A stretch of 63,051 nt of DNA, filler included, from Ministeria vibrans ATCC 50519 (lineage: Eukaryota; Protista; Filasterea), in the NCBI GenBank assembly GCA_943704425.1. It is 4 parts of 4 records of this genome, joined end to end, with 100 filler letters (N's around TTAATTAATTAA, not from the genome) between each part and the next. Parts side by side here need not be neighbours in the genome. Positions count along the whole stretch, not along the records: positions 1 to 27,881 come from CALSCP010002364.1; 3 more parts are not named here. One strand, 5' to 3'. The notes under the pieces are model-generated. The model was not told where the DNA came from. It did not search any database and saw only the letters and a list, made by a program, of their open reading frames with translations. Position numbers and translations under genes: made by a program. This document shows, one piece after another, positions 1 to 19,487 of the stretch (positions within the stretch are counted from its first letter, which is position 1; each line of letters starts with the position of its first letter).

Positions 1-2737
1 CGACGTAAAAGAAGCCGTCGCGGTCGACGCGAGCAATGTCGCCCGTATGAAGGTAGCCGTCGTCGTTGATGACAAACTTCCCGTGGCATGTACATTTTCT
101 CGTACCCATTTGTTTTCGGCAATGAGCTCTGATCGTTCATGCTCAGACGAGTCTACGTCGCTCGGGTGGGAGTAGGTAGAGCGCAGAGAGGGAGAGCGCA
201 GGGGACGATGCGGCGGAGTAGGAGACGGCGGCTCGAACGTTGTCGTGGTGGTGGTGGTGGCGGTTGTGGTGGTGGGGGAGGGAACAGGAGGGCTAGTGAA
301 AGTAGAGGCAGAGGCGGAGGCGGAGGTGATGGAGCCCGGTACGGCGGACTGGCGGGATCGCGGGAAGCCATGAAGTTGCTCAAAGGATGCCTTGCCAACT
401 TGTGAAGATGGATCGACGCGAGGGCCAGAGGGCACCGTGGGCGCAACTCGAACAGACGGATGACCCGCACTGTGAAGGGTCACTGACTCGTCGCCACTCT
501 CAACTTCACCCCACGGTCGAAACAACTGTGCCAGTGTGTTGACATGGTCAGAAACGGTGACGCGTGCGCGCGAAGTCGGTGGGATAAGGAGAGTGGGCTC
601 AGCAGCAGGGGGAGGCGCAAGAGACGCTTCAGTGTTCTGATCGCCAAGTGACGCTGTCTCAATGACAGAGGTCGCAGTCGCTGCTGCTGTGGCTGTGGCT
701 GTTGTTGATGATGACGTTGTTGCCGGTGGTTGAGTTAAGAGAATGTTTGGGATGCCACGGTAGTCGCGTGAGGCGGCGGTACCCATGCGAGGCGGAACCG
801 AGTCTGGATTGAGAAAGTAGGGCGAGTGGAGCTGTGCAAGTGAAACGGTGCAGTTGGCGCGTTTTTTGGTGGCCTTGCGGGCTTCACGACGTCGTTTGAC
901 TTCGTGGGGAGAGACGGAGGACGAAGAGGCATTGGCTGTGGTATTGGAAGGGGAGGTCGAAGTAGTGCGCAGGCGACGTCTGAGACGCGATAGAATAGTG
1001 GGCTGAGACGACGTGGAAGGGCGTTCAGCGGGAGCAGCAGTTGATGTGGTAGTGGTGATGGGTGAGGAGAAAGAAGGTTGTGGTTCGGTATGATTGGAGG
1101 AGGTGGAATGGACGTCGGCGTCGGCACTTGAGCTGGAGAAACGCGCCGTAGAATTGTGACGCGCCATGCGCGCGGCCATTCTGTCGTTGTGCTCGTTGGC
1201 AAGCCTTTCATCGGTAGGTGGCGCAGTGCTTTCGCCTGGATAGCTGTTGAGGTAGCGCACAACAGAGCGGCTGCCCTGCCGCAGTCGCGTTATGAGACCG
1301 CTGTGGTGGGTATCCGCATGATCACCTCCACCACCACCAGCAGCAACGCCACCGCTCGCATCGGCAGTGGCAGACTCCTCGGCATTCACTTCAGACATGC
1401 TGCTTCGACTGTGCGCGTCGGCCGAGACGGTGATCTGGTCCACATCCGACTCATCTACATCCGCGCTCATATGTGCAATGTCGACGTCGCGCCCCCACTC
1501 CTCGTCCTCACTGCTACTTGCGCTCTCAGGGTCTTGAAGATTCTCCGAGCGCAAGTAGGGAAACTCGCGTGCGGTCGCAACAAGGTCATCGCGACTCAAA
1601 AAAAAGCAATCGCAATGGGTCAAGGCACGCACGGACATGGCGTAGCGACGGCCCACCGTCAAAAGCATCTCCTGGCCCACCACATCGTTGTCTCCAAGCA
1701 AGTCCACCCGTACTCCATCCACCAGCACCTCCGCAGCACCCTTGTGTACAAAAAACGCCCCAAACCCAATCTCGCCCTGTCGTGCAACAAAATCCCCCTT
1801 GGCACAGTACGCCCAGTTGAGCTTGAGCGTGAGAAACTTGATGAATTCGATGGAGGCATCGGGGAAGAGCGGCCGCAGCTTCGGCAAATGTATGTGGTAG
1901 CTGACGCGCGCACGCAGCGACGGAGGCAGACCCTGCAGGGCATAGTTCACGTCAAAGTACTGCGACAGGTCTGACGTGCGGTTCACATAGTCATGAAGCT
2001 AAAAAAAAACGAAGTTTTGACAATGACAAATGCGTCTAGATGGAGTTTGTGTGCCTAACTTGTCGTTCAAGGGACTTTGGGATCTTTGGAATGTGCTCTC
2101 CCTCTGCGTAATCGTCATTTACTGGCTGATTTGCCGCAAGAAACTTCTCAATCTTCTTAAGTCGATTCTGTAACATACAACGACGATGAGCACTTGTTTT
2201 TTTTTTTTTTTTTTTTTTTTTTTGGGTCGCGTGTGTGGAGCAGGTGTTTTACCGCTTTTTCACGACTGTTGATATTAAAGCTCTGCACAAGAGTCGCGAC
2301 ATTTCCGAGAATGACCGCATTGAGCATTGCGCCAAAGTACATGACGCAGATGGCGTACCATCGTTCGGGAACGGTCAACGGGCTAATGTCGCCATATCCC
2401 TAAGAGGAGAGAGAAAAAAAAAAAGANNNNNNNNNNNNNNNNNNNNNNNNNNNNNNNNNNNNNNNNNNNNNNNNNNNNNNNNNNNNNNNNNNNNNNNNNN
2501 NNNNNNNNNNNNNNNNNNNNNNNNNNNNNNNNNNNNNNNNNNNNNNNNNNNNNNNNNNNNNNNNNNNNNNNNNNNNNNNNNNNNNNNNNNNNNNNNNNNN
2601 NNNNNNNNNNNNNNNNNNNNNNNNNNNNNNNNNNNNNNNNNNNNNNNNNNNNNNNNNNNNNNNNNNNNNNNNNNNNNNNNNNNNNNNNNNNNNNNNNNNN
2701 NNNNNNNNNNNNNNNNNNNNNNNNNNNNNNNNNAGAG

Positions 2738-2796
<59 letters not shown>

Positions 2797-4269
2797 TATT
2801 TGTGTGTGCTTGTGTGTGTTTGTCCGATAGTCTTATACTCTCTCTCTTCTCTCTCTCTCTCTATCACTTTGTTTCTTTCTCCCCCTCCCCTCTCTCTCTC
2901 TATCACTTTGTTTCTTTCTCCCCCTCCTCTCTCTCTCTCTCTCTATGTGCGTTAGTGTGACGTACAACAGTGGAGAGGGTCATGAAGGTAAAGTAGAGAG
3001 AGGCAGTGTAGCGAGCGACCAAAGGACTGGCGGTGATGTTGTAGTCCTCGACAACCCAGGGCGGGGGGATGGCCGTGGGGTTCGTATTGGCGCCAATGAG
3101 GTACCAGAAGCAGGCAATCCAGTGAGCAATGATAAAGTACATAATGAACAGATATACAATGCGCAGGAGGTCAACTGTGCTAGACCCAAGGCGCGACGAT
3201 GAGGAGAAGAGGCGGAAGAGACGCGCCAAACGAGGCAGTTTGGAAAGGGCAAAGAGAGTGTAGTTGGTCGTGGTCGTGGTGTCAAGCACTGCCCCTGCAA
3301 TTAGTTCAATGGGGAACGCAGCAACTAGATCCGCAAAGAACCATGTTCGGAGGTAGTTTTGTGAAATTTTCGATGGCTATGAGAGCGAGAGGGAGAGGTG
3401 TAAGATCAATACCAACTGATGTGTGCATCTTACCTGTGAAACTAATTGACGGGATTGGTCGTAATAGGCAGTGCGGAAACTCACAAAGACGTCAAGAATG
3501 AACACAATGGTTGTGATCCAAACCATCGCAGTTTCAGGACGCAAGTCGAACCCTACGCAAAAAAAAAAGTAGACGTTAGAATCGATGCGATTTAAATCGG
3601 TTAGGCGGCGCGTGTACTGTGTACCAATCTGTAAGGGAATGGCCATTGCAGTGTAGATCACGAGAGACATGACAAGCAAGTTCCACACGCGCTTGATAAC
3701 GGCCTTGGGGTGAACCACATACGGCCATTCTTTGACCTACACAAACAGAAACGGTCAAACTCCCTTCTTGTTTGGCTGTGTTTTGTTGGAGTACACTCTT
3801 ACCCGATTAGACACTTTGCGGTAGACACGACTTTTGGTGCGTACAATGTGGAGTAGCTCAGGCGGAAAATCATCGCGTCGCACGACCCGTGTGGAGAGCG
3901 CAGCGTCGCCGAAAAGCGGGTTGAGCGAGGGCGGTTCGGACTGCACGACCGACGGCACAAAGGACACTTCGGGCGTCGGCGCAAACCGGACGGATGGCGC
4001 ACTGTCCGCCGGCCGGGTCCGCGGCGCCGGGACTGCATCGGTCTTGGAGGGCGCGTCACCAGCGACGGGCGGGGGCTCAGTGGCCGCTGAGGCTGAGACT
4101 GAGTCGGCTGCTTGCGCATCGCACACACTGCTTTGCTGCGGTGCGTCCTGCTGCGCTGATGGCGACCCTGACGACGCCTCGTCGCTCGAAGAGGGCTCTA
4201 CCTCGGCCACGACGAACCGCTGCCAGGGGAAACGACAAGAGAGCGTGGACGAGCGAGTCAGACCGTCAT
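1..4269 (-). CDS. Cyclic-nucleotide-binding-domain voltage-gated K+ channel (EAG/KCNH/CNBK-like), multi-exon, 3' end runs off the window
   Basis: Spliced exons give S1 (VVHPKAVIKRVWNLLVMSLVIYTAMAIPLQIG), S2 (ILDVFVSFRTAYYD), S4 (KLPRLARLFRL), S5 (AHWIACFWY), pore TLSTV|GYGDISP, S6 (AVILGNVATLV), a C-linker and a CNBD-like region (GDFVARQGEIG...VRALTHCD). The last exon frame is open from ~1999 to base 1. Start ATG 4269 is tentative. Confidence 0.9.
2852..2943. repeat. Intronic tandem repeat (2 copies, ~39 bp) with core CTATCACTTTGTTTC
   Basis: Cores read directly at ~2861 and ~2900. Confidence 0.85.
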
Positions 4270-4761
4270 AAGTATAAGTATTATTATTATAATAAAAATT
4301 TGAAAGTCTCAATAGCGAAAATTCGACGCTAAGTACACAATCGGCGCATTGGCACGAATGGCAAGGTTGCATGGGTGTCGGCACAGGCAAGCTGCACGAC
4401 TCCCAAGCAGCGCATTGCGAGTTGGCTCTGGATATGAAAACGTACCGACATGCGAAGGATATCTCGTCAGGGAGGCGGAGGAAGTGACGCAGAGACGCAG
4501 GGGGAGGTGGCAGAGAGGGAGGTATAGGGAGGGAGAGAGAGAAAGAGCGAGGAACAGTCAACAGAGTGTCAGAGTGAGAGTGAGAGTGGAAGACCGAAGA
4601 GAGAAAAACTTTTCAATAATAATTATTATAGGTTCATTCAGATAATCAGACTTAGTTTCACGCTTCAATCTTCATTTACTTCAATTTTTGTTGCGCGGCA
4701 CCGCTCGCCGTTCCCTTCTCCGTTCGTCTGTGGGCCTTTATTACGTGTGTGTGTGGAGCGA

Positions 4762-9307
<4,546 letters not shown>

Positions 9308-9460
9308 TACGTCATCATCAATAGTATATTATTATTAAAGTAATTCTGATTGTCAGTACAGAAAAACGAAAGAAATAATTTCACTCACTCACACAAACTG
9401 AAACAAAAACCCACATCGCTCACACACTCAGTGGAAACAAACAAAAAAAAAACAATATAA

Positions 9461-13535
<4,075 letters not shown>

Positions 13536-13658
13536 GGGAGAGAAAAAAAAAATGAGAAGTTGAGAACTGAGATAATTTTTAATTTTCATAATGACGATTG
13601 AACATCTTGTTCTCTCGTTCGTTACACATCGGAATTTATGAACGTCCTTGATTTTCAC

Positions 13659-14879
13659 TCAGACGCAACACTGAAGAACAATAGGTACATCCTCAGCAGA
13701 GGAGAAGGTTGCGATGAGCAACTGAGCGTAATTTTCAAGAATAACACGACGGGAGCCGGAGCGAGGAGTGCGACTGAGGAGTGAGTGGACGTGCGCAGCA
13801 GACTCGGCAATGCGACGACGATCATGTTCACCAAAGGCCTCGTTGGAGTCATTCGCGTTGTCGTTGTTGGTACAGATAGATGATTGTTTGCATGGGAATG
13901 GGTGTGTGGCAGCGGTGGGCCAACGCGAGTGAAGGAGAGAAGAGAGGTCGGCGGCAGAGAGAAGGGCGCGCAGAAATACAAGAGTGGCGCGCAGAGCAAC
14001 GGAGTGAGACCAGTCGTCGACAAAAGGCAAGGGCATGGCGTGCAGTTCGGCGACGAGACGTTCTTCGGTGCTTTCGCTGAAGACATTGACGGAGACAGAG
14101 CACGTTTCCGACACAACTTCATGGAGGTAGTAGGGCGGAATGAAGAGTGCGTCGCCGGCGCGCAGTATGACTGTAATGGCTGCGCCCAAGGGTAAATTCC
14201 CCTTTGCCTCCATGTACGGAAGTTGTGCTTTGCGTGCGCGACGGTGCAGCTCGGGGAACAGACGGACACGAGATGCGTGCTCGGGCGCGACCAGCACGAC
14301 CGTTTTGATGCCTGCCAGTTGCACAAGGATGTTTTTCGACGTGTCGTAGTGCAACTGGGTGTGTACACCTTCGCCACCAATCCACACGTTCACAATGGCC
14401 TTGCTCGCGTCGTCCGTGAGAGTCTGCCAGCCCGGCAGGAACGCCTCGCGCTGCGCAATGGACACGGGTGAGACGCAGTAGAGGCGACGGAGACACACCG
14501 TCTCGCCGGCAACGGCAACGGGAACATCAACAAGAAACGAGGGGCCCGGCTCGCCGACGAGACCGGCGACGCCTTCGTCGGCGTACATGAAGAAGGGGCT
14601 TTGGGCGTTTTCTTTACACACGAGCATTTGCGACTCATCCAAACGGTACAGCGACTCAGCGGCTGCCTGTGGTGTCCAGGCAGTGCTAACCACACCCACC
14701 CAATGGAGGGTGTGACCTGCTGTCACACGCACAGGCGAGCTAGAGCGCAAGGCAAGCGCGGGTGAGTCGAGAGAGAGCGGCAGTGAGTCTGGATTCGTCG
14801 AGACCCAGCCATGCCAATAAAGAGCCATCAACACAACGCCAATAGTCAGGGTGGCGTAACGTAGGGCTTCATGTCCCAT
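13659..14879 (-). CDS. JmjC/cupin-8 family 2-oxoglutarate/Fe(II) oxygenase with N-terminal hydrophobic anchor, single exon
   Basis: VWIGG...TQLHYD...NILVQLAGIK and LRAGDALFIPPYYLHEV supply the HxD...H iron triad; the N-terminus YATLTIGVVLMALYW is hydrophobic. Confidence 0.85.
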   Translation of the reverse strand: MGHEALRYATLTIGVVLMALYWHGWVSTNPDSLPLSLDSPALALRSSSPVRVTAGHTLHWVGVVSTAWTPQAAAESLYRLDESQMLVCKENAQSPFFMYADEGVAGLVGEPGPSFLVDVPVAVAGETVCLRRLYCVSPVSIAQREAFLPGWQTLTDDASKAIVNVWIGGEGVHTQLHYDTSKNILVQLAGIKTVVLVAPEHASRVRLFPELHRRARKAQLPYMEAKGNLPLGAAITVILRAGDALFIPPYYLHEVVSETCSVSVNVFSESTEERLVAELHAMPLPFVDDWSHSVALRATLVFLRALLSAADLSSLLHSRWPTAATHPFPCKQSSICTNNDNANDSNEAFGEHDRRRIAESAAHVHSLLSRTPRSGSRRVILENYAQLLIATFSSAEDVPIVLQCCV

Positions 14880-14986
14880 GAAAATAAAGAAACAAGTGAA
14901 CAAAGTATATCATTATTCAGTTGACTTATGATTCAGAAGTAAATAAATTTTTTTATTTTTTTATTTATTTTGCTCGAATTAATTGC

Positions 14987-15884
14987 ATGGATCATTATGA
15001 AACACTCAACAGTGCTCTCGACGCGGGCCCTGTGTATGTGCGAATGGGAGAACAAGCGTCGTGATATTTTGAGAATATTTTGTGATAGGAGTGAATTTGC
15101 GCTTCTGGCGGCGATGCCGGACGCCCATGCGGACGAGGTGGTGCTGCGCGTCGACGACAAGGTTGCAATGAAGCGGAAGGCTGCGATGGAGATGCTGCTT
15201 GAACTGAATGGGGCATGTGTTGCGTTGCATGGCCACGAAGGTGCACAACACGAAATATTGGTCGAGAGAACGTGAGTGTTACATTGAATGTGCCACTCTG
15301 TAGAGAGTGTATTTCGAGTGACGCGTGCCGTGGTGTTGGTGAATAGCGAACACATGACTGCGTGGAATCATAGGAAACGCAAAATTGTGCATGAGGGAAA
15401 TGGGGTGGACGCAGAAGGGAAAGCGACGCTTCTTCGTGGCGAACTTGCATTAACGGCACTTGTGCTGACAGTCCGTGCCAAGTCACCCGAGACATTTTCG
15501 CACCGGCGATGGGCCGTAGAACGTCTTGTAACAATGTCCGACACGGCAAATCGACAGGCACTGGTGGAAGAAGAGCGCAGGGTGTGTTTGAGCGCGGCGG
15601 ACCACTATGCACGAAACTACTATGCGTGGACGCACTACTTGCGCGTGAGCCGGAGTGTGTCGGCGCCATCCACCGCAGCTGAACGGACAACGCTCCAAGA
15701 GTATATTGAACGACACATTCGCGATCTCTCGGCAATGCACACGCTGTTGGTTCGCTTAGAGCGAGCGAGTGAGGCACAGCCGCTCGTTGAGTGGACTGAG
15801 CGACTCATTCAATGGAACCCAGCCCACAATAGTGCACTGGTGCACTTTCACAAAATGCTCTTGAAAAGACAGCGTGGTTTGTAA
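14987..15884 (+). CDS. PTAR1: Protein prenyltransferase alpha subunit repeat-containing protein (PTAR1-like), 2 introns
   Basis: TRAVVLVNSEHMTAWNHRK, KSPETFSHRRW and YARNYYAWTHY are PPTA-repeat motifs. Inferred introns ~15034-15088 and 15241-15303. Confidence 0.8.
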
Positions 15885-15930
15885 TAGTTCAATGTAAATG
15901 TAATAGGTGGTGAAAAGAAGAGGGAGAAAG

Positions 15931-17271
15931 TTAAGTGGTCTAAAGGAGGAAAGAAAGAGAACGAGAGTGAATGAGTGATAAATATGCATGAATGGAATGT
16001 ACCTTGACAGTAAAAGGAGAGCCCTTGATGGGAGTTCCCTTCCAAGTGCTGCAAAAGAGTGAGAGATGAGAAAAAGAGAGAGGGGAAAAAAAAAGTGAAA
16101 ACAGGGATGTAGAAGAAAGAGACAGAGAGGAGGAAGACAGAAATAAAGTGATGAGAGAGAGGAAGGGAAAAGAATCAACATGAAGAAAGAGAGGGAGAGA
16201 AGAAAGAGAGACAGAGTGTGTGGGCGTGTGCGTACATTTCAATTTCGAATTCACCCGCGCCCTTCGGCATGTACGACAGACCATGCGTAAATGACTACAC
16301 AAAGAAAGAAATACACACACACATACACATCGGTCAATCAATCAATGCACGTAAAGAAATCAGCATATACGTACGTCCGTGTCAACGCGAATGTCGCTCT
16401 TCGGTCCCTTGACAACCGTCACGTACAGTCCCTCGCTGAATCCCTCTGACTTTTGCTTGCGCTTCGCTTCGCGGAAGTACGCGATGTACGTCATCACACT
16501 GCAGTCATTGATCGCCGGGTTCGACATGTCCGATGGCGACAAAATGCGCGGAATTCTACAACACCAATGGCATAATGGTTAGAGCGACAATAATAATATA
16601 AAATATAACATTATTATCATAACAATGCTTGTTTCGGTGGATGTACCCGAGATGCTGCTCGGCCACGGTCATGGCCTTGTCAATCGAAGAGAACCCCTAC
16701 AGCATCAGCAGACACAGTTTCAGCTTGGTGCGTTCAGCCAAGTCGACTCCCTTCATCATTTGTTTACCTTTCCACCCACATCTTTCCAGTTAGGCATCAG
16801 TCCAGGACTCATTGCCTCCACAAGAGCACACAGCAGACGCCCGTCCGTCCAATCCGAGTCCATGTTCTTCACGCCCCCCGTGATGATGCCCGCCAGCTTG
16901 CCCTACACACCACCACACCAAACAGTGTCACAAGCCAATCCGATGGCCCATCATCAATCAACTTCTTTCTCAATTCTTACTCCACTCCATTCGACCATGT
17001 CGGCCTTCTCCGAGCGTCGCGGCTGTGGCTTGATGTGGTACTTGGCAATTAGCTTCCACACCAGACCAAGCGTGAGCGAGCGGTTGCCCTACAGACGCGC
17101 ACAAGGAGGAAAAACACAAAAAAATGTTTGACGTGACGAATTCAGAACTTGCGCCAAACTGAGCGGAAAGAACGCACCTCAGCGATGTTCTGGGGGCCAG
17201 TCGACACCAAGCTGAGACCCTGCTTCTCGATGAAGTTGAGGAGCTGCGTGCAGTTCTCGATGTGTTGTGCC
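15931..17271 (-). CDS. Short filamin/gelation-factor-like actin-binding protein (CH1-CH2 plus one Ig-like filamin repeat); 5' exons absent
   Basis: HIENCTQLLNFI...GNRSLTLGLVWKLIAKY (CH1); DWTDGRLLCALV...LGIPRILSPSDM...SVMTYIAYF (CH2); LSYMPKGAGEFEIEITWKGTPIKGSPFTVK (end of a filamin repeat). Confidence 0.8.
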
Positions 17272-17412
17272 TTGTCAAACACACATCGCAGAAAAAAAAA
17301 AAAAAAAAAAAAAAAACTATCACTGACACACTACATTAACTTGTCATACAAATAAAATAATCAACAATAATAATGATAATAAGAATGATAATAAAATTCT
17401 TTTTTCTATCAG

Positions 17413-19025
17413 ACACAAGAGGAGGAGGCAGCAGCGGAACGACAGACCAAAGAGGAGGAGATCACTGAGCTGCGACGCGAACTGGGCGCAAACCAAGGCC
17501 AACGCCGCATCATCAGTCAGAATCTTCAACTCATCAAGCAACGTGAAGAGGTGCGTCAGCGCGAGGAGAAGCGAGCGTCATTGGAGAAGCAGGAGAGGGA
17601 CCTCGGATTTGACTCGCGTCTCGACAAGTACGATGAGCTGTTTGCCGCTGAGAAGGAATTGACAACGCAGGTGAGGAGTAATGAGAAGCGACTTACTAAT
17701 GATTGTATTGCTTCTTGGTTTTCCTTGACCGTGTTTTCATGATGTATAGATTGCGACATTGCAAGGAAGTCGTCAACAAATGGAAGTGCAGTTGCGTGAG
17801 CGAAAGGTATTATTAAAACCCACTCATAATTATTATTGAAAGCGTCAACGATGTAAAAATATTTCTTTTTAGGCTGAGCTCTCGCAGGACCAGTTCAAGG
17901 GTGCACAAGCCAAATACCGCCAAACTCTCATTGATCTCGAGGTATGTTTATAATTATCATCTTGTTGATTATTATTATATTTTATTATTTACGCTGCGAA
18001 GGAGACATGAATTTTGGAGAGACACTAATAAATTGTTGTGGTTGCACTGCGAAAATAGACGGCGAAGATTGCGCGTGATGACTTGGAGAAGTACAAGCAG
18101 GCGCTGGACAAGGCCATTATGCGATTCCACAAGCTGAAAATGGCCGAGATAAACAAAGTGGTGCGTGAGATTTGGCAGCAGACGTACAGGGGTCACGACA
18201 TTGATTTCATTGAGATTCGGTCAGAGGAGGACGATCTCGAGGAGAAGGCGGCGACTGCGCGAGCCAAGGGGAAGAAGGTGGCTGCTGCCACTGCCGCCGC
18301 CACCAAAGCACGTCGTAGCTACACCTACCGTGTCGACATGGTCAAGGAGACTGTACGTCTCGATTTTCGTGGTCGCGCCAGGTACGCCTTCTGTTAGATT
18401 ATTATTATTATTATTTTAATTATTATAATTATTACTATTACTGTTGGTGGAACTGATTTTCAATATCATATATATTATATTTCATATGCAGTGCGGGACA
18501 GAAGATGCTGGCGTCTATCATCATTCGCATCGCTCTCTCTGAGTCCTTCTCCCTTCAGTGTGGAGTTCTTGGTAAAACGAGGCAAACTCGATTATTTTGC
18601 ATTCGTAAATGAACACTGCGTGGATTTTGTGTTTTTTGCAGCGCTCGATGAGCCCACAACCAATTTGGACAAGGAGAACATTGACAGTCTTGCTGAGGCA
18701 CTTTGCGAGTATGTCCAAAAAAAAAAAGGAGGGAGAGAGGGGTGGATAGGATTGTCCACAAATTTTAGCGTCTCACTGTTTTCTTCTCTGCTTAGTATTA
18801 TCAAGTCGCGCAAGAGGCGCGGTAAGACTTTCCAGCTGATTGTGATTACACACGACCGGCAATTTGTGGACACGCTGTGCCACAATGGTCTTGCCGACGA
18901 GTTCTTTAATGTGAAAAAGGACGAGAGGTACGCTTGTCTTCGCCGGAGTCTATTTGACTCATTCTGGTTTGCATAGGGATAATTCGCACATTTTCCAGAA
19001 ATTAGCCAACACTGGGGGCGAATGA
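17413..19025 (+). CDS. RAD50: DNA repair protein RAD50, C-terminal portion only, multi-exon
   Basis: [39 protein letters not shown], signature RGRA|SAGQK, Walker [19 protein letters not shown]. No N-terminal Walker A exons seen. Confidence 0.95.
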
Positions 19026-19079
19026 GAAATCCCGCACTTGCGAGTGTGGTTGATTGACTGAGCAAAAAAAATATGTGAA

Positions 19080-19462
<383 letters not shown>

Positions 19463-19487
19463 GAGTGAGAGGGAAGAGTCACACGCA

